DNA of 64,000 nucleotides from Alkalispirochaeta sp. (GTDB lineage: Bacteria > Spirochaetota > Spirochaetia > DSM-27196 > Alkalispirochaetaceae), in NCBI GenBank assembly GCA_965601925.1, contig OZ271854.1, positions 1,504,001 to 1,568,000 of the forward strand. The letters are read 5' to 3'. The position numbers and the translations under genes were made by a program. The notes beneath the pieces are model-generated. The model saw only the letters and a program-made list of their open reading frames with translations, did not search any database and was not told the origin of the DNA. Positions 36,968 through 46,697 of this stretch are shown here, one piece after another (position 1 is the first letter of the stretch; each line of letters starts with the position of its first letter).

Positions 36968-37113
36968 GGTTCACCCGGCATGGCCGCGAGCTGATCGGCG
37001 AAGAACTGTTGCAGCGTGTAGCTTCCGTAGGTCGGCGCAACCATATCGCGCGCCTGTCGGGCGACGTGGCGGCCGAGGAAGCCGGTCGCTCCGGCGATCA
37101 GTACTCGTTTCAT
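36964..37113 (-). pseudogene. Internally deleted NAD(P)H-binding SDR/epimerase remnant (49-aa ORF)
   Basis: AAGGAG RBS, then MKRVLIAGATGFLGRHVARQARDMVAPTYGSYTLQQFFADQLAAMPGEP*; absent from the ORF track because it is under 60 aa. Confidence 0.75.
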
Positions 37114-37141
37114 TGCGCTCTCCTTCATTGCAAACTCGTCG

Positions 37142-38581
37142 TTAGAACGACACCTTGACCTGCGCCACGCCGCCCGGTCGCACGAGGCGCACCGTTCTGT
37201 CGTCGAACGTTCGCTCCCCGCCGAACTCGGAGGTGGAACCGCCCCAGGGAACGATTCCGGTTAGCCCGAGCGTAAGCGCGTCCGACAGCTCGTATTCGAT
37301 CGCCGGTAGCGCGACGCCGCTTGCGTCATTGAGATTGACCAGTGCCGCGGCGCTTACCTCGACGTAGTCCCAGAATGTCCGCTGAAGGAGCCCAAACCCG
37401 TAGTCGCGGGCCAGCACGCTTATGTGACCGGTAAAAAGCGGCGCGAGGTCGTAGTCGGCGGGTCTCGCGGCTCCCGCGCCGCGGCGATAATACTCAACCT
37501 TCGCTTCCACGTCCCCGGGAAACAGATACTCGAGTCCGACCGTCGATTCGAGCGCCTCATGGGCCGTCCAGCCGTCCGTGCCGTCGAACGAGTCCGTGGT
37601 TAGGATCGCCTCGGCGAACATCCCGAGATCGCCGATCGAGCCGACGAGCTCCGCGGCCGCGTGAAGGTATCGTTCGTAGCCGGTACCGTCGCGCGCGGCA
37701 ACGACCTCGTGGAGCGCCCCGGCGGCGACATCAAACGAGCCGACATACGCGCGAATGCGGGCGCCCCACGGGTAGTTCCAGACCTCGACATCCTCCGGCG
37801 CCGTACGGCCCGTGTGTAATCGATCCTCAAATGCAACATAACCCTCAAGCACCGCCTGTGCGGGCAGCGCGACCGCCGCGCCGACCGAAGCCGTTCCGGT
37901 GGTCTCCTCCTCGCCGAGCTCGGTGAGATTGCCGTCGGGATTGGTTCGTGCGGTGGGGTTGAACGCGTATCCGGTCCCCCACGCGATCGGGACGCGCCCG
38001 ATTTGGTAGTCGACGCGATCGAATCGCAGTTGGGCCCACGCCTGATCCACGAACAAGGTGGAACGGAAATCGTCCTGCGGGCTCGCGTCCTGCGCGTCGT
38101 TGACCGCGCCGCCGCCAAGACCGGTCGCTTGCGTAAACGCGAACTGGTTGGATAGGCCTGCGTCGTGCCTCGACTCGATCTCGAGATGGAAGAGAACTCG
38201 CTCGCTCGGCTCCCAATCACCTTTGAGGCGCACCCGGGTGACCGCCCCCAGCGCAGCATCGCGGCCGGCGACCGCGACACTTCCAGTTTTTCCGAAAGAC
38301 GCCTGGACCGTGCTCGACAGGTAGCCGTATAGGCTGAACGCGCCGACCCGGTCGAAGGCGTTCGTTGTGACCGGCGCGGTCGCGTCGGGCTGCCACTCGT
38401 CGCCGGGCCACACCCCATCCGTAGTTTCCGCGCCCTCCCTCGTCGCCGCAATCTCGCTGCTATCGGTGGCGTGTGACCCAGGTGGCCACGGTTCATCGCC
38501 CCACGGCGACTCTTGCGCTCCCGCAAACGCGACGGAAGACAACAGAAGGGCGGCTCCCGCCGCTACAATCGTGTTTCGCAT
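37142..38581 (-). CDS. Exported probable outer-membrane beta-barrel associated with the MMPL transporter
   Basis: Signal peptide AFAGA-QE; IGRVPIAWGTGYAFNPT; C-terminal VKVSF. Confidence 0.7.
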   Translation of the reverse strand: MRNTIVAAGAALLLSSVAFAGAQESPWGDEPWPPGSHATDSSEIAATREGAETTDGVWPGDEWQPDATAPVTTNAFDRVGAFSLYGYLSSTVQASFGKTGSVAVAGRDAALGAVTRVRLKGDWEPSERVLFHLEIESRHDAGLSNQFAFTQATGLGGGAVNDAQDASPQDDFRSTLFVDQAWAQLRFDRVDYQIGRVPIAWGTGYAFNPTARTNPDGNLTELGEEETTGTASVGAAVALPAQAVLEGYVAFEDRLHTGRTAPEDVEVWNYPWGARIRAYVGSFDVAAGALHEVVAARDGTGYERYLHAAAELVGSIGDLGMFAEAILTTDSFDGTDGWTAHEALESTVGLEYLFPGDVEAKVEYYRRGAGAARPADYDLAPLFTGHISVLARDYGFGLLQRTFWDYVEVSAAALVNLNDASGVALPAIEYELSDALTLGLTGIVPWGGSTSEFGGERTFDDRTVRLVRPGGVAQVKVSF

Positions 38582-38587
38582 GATCGC

Positions 38588-41500
38588 CTACCTGTAGAAC
38601 CGGTTGGGGTTGAAGAAACGATCGTCCATCGGCACGTCGAACGCCGCCTGATGGATCACCAGTTGCGTGCGGCGGTGACGGCGATGGTTCATCATCGTCA
38701 GCTCCGTCGCGATCAGTCGTCCCTGAATGGTCTGGAACGTCTCGGCGGTAAGCGTCTTTTCGCGGCCGTGATCCTCGGTGAAATACTCGATGCGCGTCGC
38801 AACGAGTCTTTCGCGGTCTATCGTGTAGATCAGATGGTTGTAAGAGCTGTCCGGGTCGGTCGGTATGCCGCGTATCACCCACGCGGCGGGTGTCTCGTCG
38901 ACCATCGAGAAGGTGTAGTCATCCAACAGTTCACCGCCGCCCATATCCTCGTAGCTAAAGTCACCGCCGACGCCGCCGACCGACCCGCTCTTCTGGCCGC
39001 TCGCGATACGTCGTACGCGCCCGGTACTCGGGAAGAAGACGCGGATCTCGCCGTCGAGGTCCTGCACCCGCAGCCCGGCTATGCTGCGTGGTGCGACAAA
39101 CTCCATGTAGTTCTCCGTATCGCCACGGCCGTAGCTCTCAATGAAGAGGTCGCGGCTCTCGTCCGATTCCAGCGAATCGTAGATGTGCATGCTGATCCGC
39201 ATCGCCGCGGTGTCGGCATCCTGTTCATCGCTGACGCGGCGCATGATCTCGGTCGCGTCCTGCGCGCCGGCCGTGCCGGCGGCAACGGCAAGCACGACGA
39301 TCGCGAGCGCGAGCACAGCGCCGGGCCCGGCCACGAGTCGTTCCACCGAGCATCGCACCCCGCCGACGGTTCGATTTCCGATGCGGGCGGCACCCGTGTC
39401 GGCGGTTTGCCGGCCGCGCCGACCGTTGTTGCCGCGTCCGCCGCCCACCTCGAGATCGGCTCGCGTTCGGTTGGCCCGCGGACGTTCGGCCAGCACCGCC
39501 GGCAGGAACACCAAGCTCACCACAAACGCGCTTGCGATCCCGAGGAAGAGGATCGCCCCGATCAGCGACAGCGACTTGAACTCGCCCACGAGGGCCAGAC
39601 TGCCGAAGCCGATCATCGTCGTGAACGCAGACAGGAGCACCGCTTTGCCGGTGTAGCTGTAGGTCACCCGTAGGTCGCGCTCCTCGCGATAGCGGTGCAC
39701 CAGGTGGATGCCGAAGTCGACCGCCATGCCGATGACCAACGGCACCATCGCCAGGTTGATCGGGTTGATCTTCATACCGAGTGCCGGGTACAGGCCAAGC
39801 ATCCAGACCATGCCGAACACGAGGGGGAACGCCGCGGCGGCGGCCCAGCGGATGCTGCGAAACTCGATCAGAAGTGCAGCGACAACCACGATGAGAATGA
39901 AGATCCCCGCGCGGATCGAGCTCCGGAAGCTTTCGCGGGTCCATTCCAGCCCGAGTTGGACCGAACCGGTCATCCGATCATCGATCTGCTGCATGTCTTC
40001 GGTGAAGCGCTCCATCAGGGGCAGGCTCTCGTACATGCCTTCGGCCGGGAACGCCGTCACCAGGTTGCGTTCGCCGGTGCCGGAGAGGAACCCATCGCGA
40101 TAGTTCTCGGGCAGGTCGCCGATTCCGATCGGGCGATCCACCGCCACCATGTCTCGCGCGATCGCTGAAGTTTCGGCGGCGAACGCGGTGTCGAGTTCGG
40201 ATAGGAGCGCGCCGTAGCGTTGCGGGTCGCTCTCGATAAGCGTGATGAGCGTCTGGAACACCTCGTCCCCCGCCTCGCCGACCTCCGCGCCGAAGATCTC
40301 GCGAACCATCGCATTGCGCTTCCGGAGGATACGGTTGTCCTCGCCGAGCCCCGCAACCGACAGGTCGGCGATCTCGATCAAGTTCCACTCGACGCGCTGG
40401 ATCTCGTAGAGTAGGTCCTCGAGGGTCGCCCCCCCGTAGTCCAACTCGGTTGTCCGGCCCACGGCATCGCGACTGCGTGTGACGATTTCGAGCCGCTCCC
40501 GGGCATCGCTCCGGCGCGGGATCAGGTAGGCGATCGATCGCACGTCCGCGATCAGCGGCTCTTCCTCGAGCCGGTCGGTCAGCTCGTGCGCCTGCTCAAT
40601 CGAGTCGGCGATGACCATCGTCTGGCTCGGCGTGATGCCGAGGCGCTCCGACAGGTCGTTGTAGGCCACGATCGACGGCATGTCCTGCGGCTCGAGGTTC
40701 ATGAAGTTGTACTCCACGCGCATGCCGAGCGCGGCAAACGCCAAAGCGCCGCTCATTACCGCGCCGACGACGAGCACGCCGAGGCGGTGCTTGCCGGCCC
40801 ACTCGGCAAACGAACCGAGGAAGCTGTAGTCGATCTTCGGCAGACGCGCCTCCTTGTCCGCCTGCTTGCGACCGAATAGGAGCAGCAGGCTCGGCAGGAT
40901 CGTGACCATCGCCAGAAAGCAGAGCACGATGCCGCTCGCGGCGGTGACGCCGAACTGGGCGAACGCCTTGCTCCCCGTGAGCGTCATGACGATGAACGCC
41001 ACGGCGGTCGTGAAGGCGGCGAGCAACGTGCCCATTCCGGCCTTGCGGAACGTCAGCATGATCGACTTGTTCGGGTCGTGACCGAGCTTGCGCATCGCGT
41101 TGAAGGTGGTAACGATCTGAATCCCGTAGTCGATCCCGAGACCGATCAACAGCGTGCTCATGAAGCTCGTCATCATGTTGATCTCGCGGATCGTCACACC
41201 GACGAAGCCGTAGTTGAAGATGATGCCCATCACCAAGACGATGAGCGTCATGACGATCGAGCGGATCTGATCGAACGAGAAGAGGAAGACAACCAGGATC
41301 AACAAGAGCGCCACGAGCGCCGGCACCAACATGTCGAAGCCCATCGCAAGTTGTTCGTCCGCCTGGATCGGGATGTTGCCCGTGACCTGGACGGTCACAC
41401 CGGGGACCTGTGCCTCGACGATCGCCTGAACTTCGCGCACGTTATCCATCAATGCGACGAGCTCAGCGAAGTCCATCGACGAGATGCCGGGCACGATCGT

Positions 41501-42190
41501 GAAGACGAGCATCGAGTTGTCCCACGCGTAGCTGAAGGAGTCGCCGAGCAAAAAGAGCTCGGCCAACTCGCGGCCGCGCTGGTCGGCCGGCATAGCTTCC
41601 GGATTCTCGAGGTGCTCGGTGAGGGCCGTAAAGAACGTTTCCATCTGCTGGTAGAGGACGACGGTATCGTTCTCTTGCTTGGTGTTTGAGAGCTCCTCCT
41701 CAGCGGTGTCCGAGCTGTACGTCGTCTCGAAGTTGTCGTTCAGCGAACGAATGAGCGGAAGCAGATTGGTCTCCTCGAGCATCGTCAGCGTTCGCTCGAG
41801 GTCGTCGCTCTCCTGCAGCAGCAGCCCCCAGTTCCTCACGAAATCGGTATCGGTCTCGAGATTGATCGCTGTGACGTACTGCATCGCTTCCGGTCGTGAC
41901 TCGAACTCCTCGGCGAACAGGCGTGCGCCGTCGGCCATCACATCCTTGTCGGCACCGGTGACCATCACGAAGATCGATTCGCCACCGTCAAACTCATCCA
42001 TAATTGCGTCCCAGCTGGCGATCATCGGATTGTCCTCCGGCAACAAGTCTTTGATCTGCGTCTTGACGACGATCTGGTTCGCCGCCGCCAGGGACAGCAC
42101 AACGGCAACGACACCGACGATCGGAATGACTTTCCGATAGCGGATGACAAACCGGCCGAGCCCGTCCATTAATCTGTGTTCCAGTTTCAT
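38588..42190 (-). CDS. MMPL/RND-family transporter fused to a LolA-like lipoprotein-sorting domain
   Basis: Two MMPL halves (IGLGIDYGI; IGMAVDFGIH; TTMIGFGSL), then P.S..G..L..IRVFFPSTGRVRRI..GGDFSYEDM..FFNP typical of LolA-like sorting proteins. Confidence 0.88.
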   Translation of the reverse strand: MKLEHRLMDGLGRFVIRYRKVIPIVGVVAVVLSLAAANQIVVKTQIKDLLPEDNPMIASWDAIMDEFDGGESIFVMVTGADKDVMADGARLFAEEFESRPEAMQYVTAINLETDTDFVRNWGLLLQESDDLERTLTMLEETNLLPLIRSLNDNFETTYSSDTAEEELSNTKQENDTVVLYQQMETFFTALTEHLENPEAMPADQRGRELAELFLLGDSFSYAWDNSMLVFTIVPGISSMDFAELVALMDNVREVQAIVEAQVPGVTVQVTGNIPIQADEQLAMGFDMLVPALVALLLILVVFLFSFDQIRSIVMTLIVLVMGIIFNYGFVGVTIREINMMTSFMSTLLIGLGIDYGIQIVTTFNAMRKLGHDPNKSIMLTFRKAGMGTLLAAFTTAVAFIVMTLTGSKAFAQFGVTAASGIVLCFLAMVTILPSLLLLFGRKQADKEARLPKIDYSFLGSFAEWAGKHRLGVLVVGAVMSGALAFAALGMRVEYNFMNLEPQDMPSIVAYNDLSERLGITPSQTMVIADSIEQAHELTDRLEEEPLIADVRSIAYLIPRRSDARERLEIVTRSRDAVGRTTELDYGGATLEDLLYEIQRVEWNLIEIADLSVAGLGEDNRILRKRNAMVREIFGAEVGEAGDEVFQTLITLIESDPQRYGALLSELDTAFAAETSAIARDMVAVDRPIGIGDLPENYRDGFLSGTGERNLVTAFPAEGMYESLPLMERFTEDMQQIDDRMTGSVQLGLEWTRESFRSSIRAGIFILIVVVAALLIEFRSIRWAAAAAFPLVFGMVWMLGLYPALGMKINPINLAMVPLVIGMAVDFGIHLVHRYREERDLRVTYSYTGKAVLLSAFTTMIGFGSLALVGEFKSLSLIGAILFLGIASAFVVSLVFLPAVLAERPRANRTRADLEVGGGRGNNGRRGRQTADTGAARIGNRTVGGVRCSVERLVAGPGAVLALAIVVLAVAAGTAGAQDATEIMRRVSDEQDADTAAMRISMHIYDSLESDESRDLFIESYGRGDTENYMEFVAPRSIAGLRVQDLDGEIRVFFPSTGRVRRIASGQKSGSVGGVGGDFSYEDMGGGELLDDYTFSMVDETPAAWVIRGIPTDPDSSYNHLIYTIDRERLVATRIEYFTEDHGREKTLTAETFQTIQGRLIATELTMMNHRRHRRTQLVIHQAAFDVPMDDRFFNPNRFYR

Positions 42191-42263
42191 CGTTTACTCC
42201 TTGCATTCGCCTGCGGCCACGCGCCGGTTGGCGAGCGCGCCACAGGTGATCTCACACGTATCC

Positions 42264-42279
42264 GCAAAAAACGTGCCAA
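42264..42279 (-). promoter_or_regulatory. Sigma54 (-24/-12) promoter for the MMPL operon
   Basis: Minus strand TTGGCACGTTTTTTGC matches consensus TGGCAC-N5-TTGC, about 75 bp upstream of the ATG. Confidence 0.85.
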
Positions 42280-42350
42280 GCCGAAATGGGCCCCCCGACG
42301 TGGAATCGGCAGGATTTCCGCCGGGAGCGGCGCGGCGCGCACCTCTCCGT

Positions 42351-42439
42351 CGCCATATTTGACGATTCGCCGGGGCGTCATTCGCCGTATGTGACGGATG
42401 GGTTTTACGAGCGGCGGCCACCGCTCGCCCGAATTGGCG
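42351..42439. promoter_or_regulatory. Three related CGCC-N6-GRCG motifs, candidate enhancer (UAS) sites
   Basis: CGCCATATTTGACG (42351), CGCCGTATGTGACG (42383) and CGCCCGAATTGGCG (42426), between two sigma54 promoters. Confidence 0.5.
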
Positions 42440-42534
42440 GATTCAGTCGCTACTTCATGGTTCAGGGAGCGAAACGACACCCGCTGCGGAACGGCGGACC
42501 TCGATATCTTTTAAATCCAACGTAACTTGCTCAT

Positions 42535-42551
42535 TTGGTATGGGAATTGCT
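42535..42551 (+). promoter_or_regulatory. Second, divergent sigma54 promoter
   Basis: TTGGTATGGGAATTGCT has GG-N10-GC with TTGC at -12. Confidence 0.6.
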
Positions 42552-42765
42552 TTTTTAAGATTGGACGCTGATGGCCAAAGGATATGCGCAGGTGCCGGGA
42601 CGGCTGGGTGATCCCGACGTGATCTAGGGGCGAACGCTTTGTACGACAGACGATGGGTCCGGCTTCGACACCCCCGGCGATACGTTGGTCGACGACGTCA
42701 CACACACGCCGGCCGGCAAGCGCATACCGATGCAAACAGCGCAATAAAAGCGTAAGGAGGATCGG

Positions 42766-43065
42766 ATGATCACAGAACTGATCGAGTTCAACCTCAAGGA
42801 GGGTGCCGACGAATCGGAGTTTCTGACCCTACTGAAGCGGTTCCACGAGTTCTTCAAACACAACTTCACGGGGTACGCCGGGTTGGAGTCCACCAAAGGC
42901 GAGAATCGCTGGGTCACGATTATGCACTGGGAGAGCATGAAGGACGTACACCTGGCCGGCGAAACCCTAAAAAACCGAGCACGCGAGGTCGCCGAGTACC
43001 AGTCACTGACGGACCTTTCATCGATCAGGCTGACCTTCCTCGAGCGGAAAATGGTGCTTGACTGA
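42766..43065 (+). CDS. Small ABM/Dabb-like (dimeric alpha-beta barrel) protein
   Basis: AAGGAGG RBS; F.LKEG..E.EF..W.TIMHWES pattern. Confidence 0.6.
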   Translation: MITELIEFNLKEGADESEFLTLLKRFHEFFKHNFTGYAGLESTKGENRWVTIMHWESMKDVHLAGETLKNRAREVAEYQSLTDLSSIRLTFLERKMVLD

Positions 43066-43148
43066 GTGTGAGAGCGTGCCGAACCCTCGGCGGTAACAGC
43101 GCGATTCTCATGCATCCAGCTTCGGTTTCTAAAAGAGGAGGAACGACG

Positions 43149-43883
43149 ATGAACAAACCGAACATCGGTTACTGGACGCGCAACGCGGCCAAGGTCCGTA
43201 GGATCGCGGTACGAACGCTGCCCATCTACGAGCAGTCCGCCAGCCGCTACACGGTCGTCGCGCTTCCGGGGCGCTTCCGCGCCGCCGTGATGGCGGAGCT
43301 CGACCACTACATCGGCGCCTTGCCGTACCACGCCGGCGGCAGCGGCAACTTCTTCAACGGATTGATGCCGACCCTGGCAGTGATGGCGTCGGTTCACGTG
43401 GTGCTTACCAAAGAGGGGTGGACCCCCGAACAGGTCGGCCGACTATCGTACGACACGTTCCACGCCAAGTTCCGCCGTCTGCCCGGGGTTGTCCGAACGC
43501 TGATGCGCGCGGTGATGGTGTCTCCCCTTCTGGCGCGCAAGATGCGGCCCGTGAGCGAAGCGATGCGCCGCTCCGGGCGTAGCGACACGTTCTTCATCGA
43601 CTACTCGTTCGCGCGTCGCCCGAGACGATGCTCCACGATGAACTGCACCCAGTGCGGCATGGTGGAGTTCATGCGCCGTAACGGCCTCGACGGAATGCTC
43701 ACCTACTGCAACGTGTTCGACTTTGCGCAGGCCGATGCGTGTGGGATGGGGCTCGTACAGCCGGCCTGCATCGGTACCGGCGATGCGGACTGCACCTATT
43801 TCATCACCCGTACCCCGGCCGACACCCGCTACCCCGAGCAACTCGCGCGAATACTCGGTCTCGATATGACCGCTAGCGGCTGA
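43149..43883 (+). CDS. L-2-amino-thiazoline-4-carboxylate hydrolase-like (ATC hydrolase/V4R-type) protein
   Basis: GAGGAGG RBS; TQCG..F...YC..D...G..L....IGTGDADCTYF cysteine pattern. Confidence 0.7.
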   Translation: MNKPNIGYWTRNAAKVRRIAVRTLPIYEQSASRYTVVALPGRFRAAVMAELDHYIGALPYHAGGSGNFFNGLMPTLAVMASVHVVLTKEGWTPEQVGRLSYDTFHAKFRRLPGVVRTLMRAVMVSPLLARKMRPVSEAMRRSGRSDTFFIDYSFARRPRRCSTMNCTQCGMVEFMRRNGLDGMLTYCNVFDFAQADACGMGLVQPACIGTGDADCTYFITRTPADTRYPEQLARILGLDMTASG

Positions 43884-45384
43884 TTCCGAGTTTCGCCATC
43901 TTTCCGCGTAATGTACTGGGGTTGAGACCCAACAGGTCGGCCGCTCCGCCCTCACCGTGAATGCGCCCGTCGGTGACCGAGAGCGCGAGCCGGATATGGT
44001 CCGCGACCAAAGTGTCCAGCGGTTTGAGTACGCCGTCGACCAGCGGTGCGACTGCGCGCGACGGGGTGACGTTATCGAACGTGAGCGGTCCGTACGGGTT
44101 GAGGATGATCTCGCGTTCAACCACGTTCTGGAGCTCGCGAACGTTGCCCGGCCAGTCGTACCCGACGAGGGCATCCATCGCACCCGGCGCGGTCACCGGG
44201 ATGGCCGAGAGCTTTAACTCCTTCGTCTTCAACTCGATGAAGTGTTGTACCAGGGAGGGGATATCGACACTGCGCTCTCGGAGCGGCGGTATCTCGATCG
44301 GAAACACATTGAGCCGAAACCAGAGATCCTCGCGGAAATCTCCCGCCGACACCAACGCGCTGAGGTCGCGGTTTGTCGCCGCAATCACGCGAAGGTCGAG
44401 CGCGATCGTTTCGGTCCCGCCGACGCGTTCTATCTCGTGGCTCTGCAGTACCCGCAGCAGGCGAACCTGTGCGGCGAGTGGTAGCTCGCCGACCTCGTCG
44501 AGGAAGATCGTTCCGCAGTTGGCCCGCTCAAAGCGACCACGGCGCTGCGCGAGGGCACCGGTAAACGCCCCTTTTTCGTGCCCGAACAGCTCGCTGTCTA
44601 TCAGCGATTCGGGGATCGCACCGCAATTGACGCCGACGAACGGACGATCGCTCCGAGGCGACGCCGCGTGAACTGCGTGCGCAATCACTTCCTTTCCCAC
44701 CCCGGTCTCACCGGACAGTAGCACCGGGCTGTCATAGGCCGCGACCCGACGCGCCTTTTCCATGACGTCTCGCAGACCGTGGTTGTGGCCGATCACCTCG
44801 CCTCCCACCGCTCGGCGCAGCTCGTCGTTCAGGTAGCGGACGTCGTCTGCGAGCCTGTTTTTCAGCTGCAACACGTTTGCGTGCTGCAGCGCGTTGGCCA
44901 TCGCCACTGCAAACGGCTCGCGTAACAGCGCCATGGCGCGTACGTGTTCATCGCTGAACTGCCGCGTTTCCGAGACGAGCACCACATTGCCGAGGAATCC
45001 GTGGACGGAGTCCAATGGAATGACCATCAACGACTCCGCGCGTTGATCGAAGAGCCCCAGCAGGTGGTTCGGGACCGGTTCGTTGTGTGGATTGGGGATT
45101 ACATAAGGCGGAGGAACACCGTTCGCCAAGCGGTCACGGACGTAGGCGACGTACTCCGGCTGCAGCTGCTCGATGATCTTGACGGGCCGCCCCTCGGTGG
45201 GGGTCGCGTCGACGATAAAGCGCAGCGTCCCGGCATCGGGGTCGAAATGTTCGAGGAACAGCCGCTGGGCCGGTACGTATTCGTTGACAAACGCGAGGAA
45301 CGCCGCCATCGCCTCGTGGATCGCGAGGTTGCCGCAGATGAGAACGGTTGCCTGCCGGAAGAAGACATCGTCCTTGGCGTTCAC
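43873..45384 (-). CDS. Sigma54-dependent enhancer-binding protein (GAF-AAA+-HTH, FhlA-like)
   Basis: GETGVGKE, GAFTGA, FLDEVGE, WPGNVRELQN, GAADLLGLNPSTL. Confidence 0.95.
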   Translation of the reverse strand: MNAKDDVFFRQATVLICGNLAIHEAMAAFLAFVNEYVPAQRLFLEHFDPDAGTLRFIVDATPTEGRPVKIIEQLQPEYVAYVRDRLANGVPPPYVIPNPHNEPVPNHLLGLFDQRAESLMVIPLDSVHGFLGNVVLVSETRQFSDEHVRAMALLREPFAVAMANALQHANVLQLKNRLADDVRYLNDELRRAVGGEVIGHNHGLRDVMEKARRVAAYDSPVLLSGETGVGKEVIAHAVHAASPRSDRPFVGVNCGAIPESLIDSELFGHEKGAFTGALAQRRGRFERANCGTIFLDEVGELPLAAQVRLLRVLQSHEIERVGGTETIALDLRVIAATNRDLSALVSAGDFREDLWFRLNVFPIEIPPLRERSVDIPSLVQHFIELKTKELKLSAIPVTAPGAMDALVGYDWPGNVRELQNVVEREIILNPYGPLTFDNVTPSRAVAPLVDGVLKPLDTLVADHIRLALSVTDGRIHGEGGAADLLGLNPSTLRGKMAKLGISR

Positions 45385-45577
45385 CAGTATTCATTGTGTG
45401 GCATTCCGAGTCCGGCGTCCAGCACGGGATTAGGCGACCACAGGCAGTGTCCACCCTCAAGGCGAGATCGGGGCAACGTCGGCGCATCATTTGCCGGATC
45501 CTTACGGGTAGGACGACAGTGGAGATCTCGCGATCGTTTGTCCATTGGGATTAACAATGCGCAACACAACACCGAGA

Positions 45578-46168
45578 TCACGCCGTGGCGAGGGTACTCA
45601 AGAAGATGTGCACCGTATCGCGCGCGGTCCGCACATCCTCCGGGGTTGTGATCCACAAGCTCAACTGATTCATCGCCCCCGAAAGCGCGCGCGCGGTAGC
45701 TTCGATATGGAGAGGGCGTATTCGCCCTCTCTCGGCCAGCGTGTCCAGCACCTCGACTAACGGAGTCGTGGTGTAGTGATCGTCGAGACGCTGCCACTCC
45801 CGCATCCCCAGAATGCTCGGCGCTTCGGTGAGAATGATCCGCCGGTACGCCGCATCCTGCGACTCTACGAGAAATCCCTCACATCCCAAAACGAGCGCCT
45901 CCCAAGGATCCTCCCCGGCTGAGGCTCCGCTGCGAGCGTGTCGCTGAATCGCCTCTCCCATATTCTCAAGAAGCGCTATCGCCGACGCGCGAAAAAGCAG
46001 CTCTTTATTCTTGAAATGGTGATAAATCGCTCCCCGCGTCACGCTCACCTCGGAGGCCAGCGTCTCCAAAGAAAGCTTCTCGTATCCCACAACCGAAAAA
46101 ACCTCTATCGCCTTGTTCAAAATACCCGTTCGGGTCCGTTGCGCTTCTTCGGGCGTCCTGCGAGGCAT
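45578..46168 (-). CDS. TetR/AcrR-family regulator
   Basis: MPRRT.EEA.RTR..I..VTRGAIYHHFKNKELLF. Confidence 0.92.
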   Translation of the reverse strand: MPRRTPEEAQRTRTGILNKAIEVFSVVGYEKLSLETLASEVSVTRGAIYHHFKNKELLFRASAIALLENMGEAIQRHARSGASAGEDPWEALVLGCEGFLVESQDAAYRRIILTEAPSILGMREWQRLDDHYTTTPLVEVLDTLAERGRIRPLHIEATARALSGAMNQLSLWITTPEDVRTARDTVHIFLSTLATA

Positions 46169-46190
46169 AGAACGAGTATAAAAAAAGGTT

Positions 46191-46257
46191 GACATACATA
46201 CAAGATGAATGTATATCTGTTTATACATACGTTCTGAATGTATGTATAAACAGATAT
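46191..46257. promoter_or_regulatory. TetR operator region containing a perfect 18-bp inverted repeat
   Basis: ATATCTGTTTATACATAC-N9-GTATGTATAAACAGATAT at 46213-46257; repeated TACATAC/ATGTA half-sites; TTGACA at 46189. Confidence 0.75.
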
Positions 46258-46271
46258 CGACGGAGGTTTCT

Positions 46272-46697
46272 ATGCAGATATCCAGTGTGTATCCCGTGTT
46301 TATGACGAAAGACGTCGCGGGTCTCTCCGGCTTTTATCGCACATACTTCGGCTTCGAGACGAGTTTCGAGGCCGACTGGTATGTAAGTCTCAAGACGGCC
46401 GGGGACGGACACTACTTTCAGCTCGCATTTGTCCGGGAGGGCCATCCTTCGATACCCGAGGGATTCAGCCGCCCGGCGTCGGGTCTCATTCTCAACATAG
46501 AGATCGAAGACGCCCGTTCGGAGTACGAACGTCTGGTAGTCTCGGGCCGATTGCCGGTGAAAGTCGACATCCGGGACGAACCGTGGGGTCAGCGGCACTT
46601 CATCCTCGCGGACCCGGCATCGAATCTGATCGATGTGATCCAGATCATCCCGCCGACGAGCGAGTTTCTCGCGCAGTACACCGACGGAGTTCAATAA
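46272..46697 (+). CDS. VOC/glyoxalase-bleomycin resistance family protein
   Basis: GGAGG RBS; FY..YFGF...DWYVSL; DEPWGQRHFILADP.SNLIDV. Confidence 0.9.
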   Translation: MQISSVYPVFMTKDVAGLSGFYRTYFGFETSFEADWYVSLKTAGDGHYFQLAFVREGHPSIPEGFSRPASGLILNIEIEDARSEYERLVVSGRLPVKVDIRDEPWGQRHFILADPASNLIDVIQIIPPTSEFLAQYTDGVQ

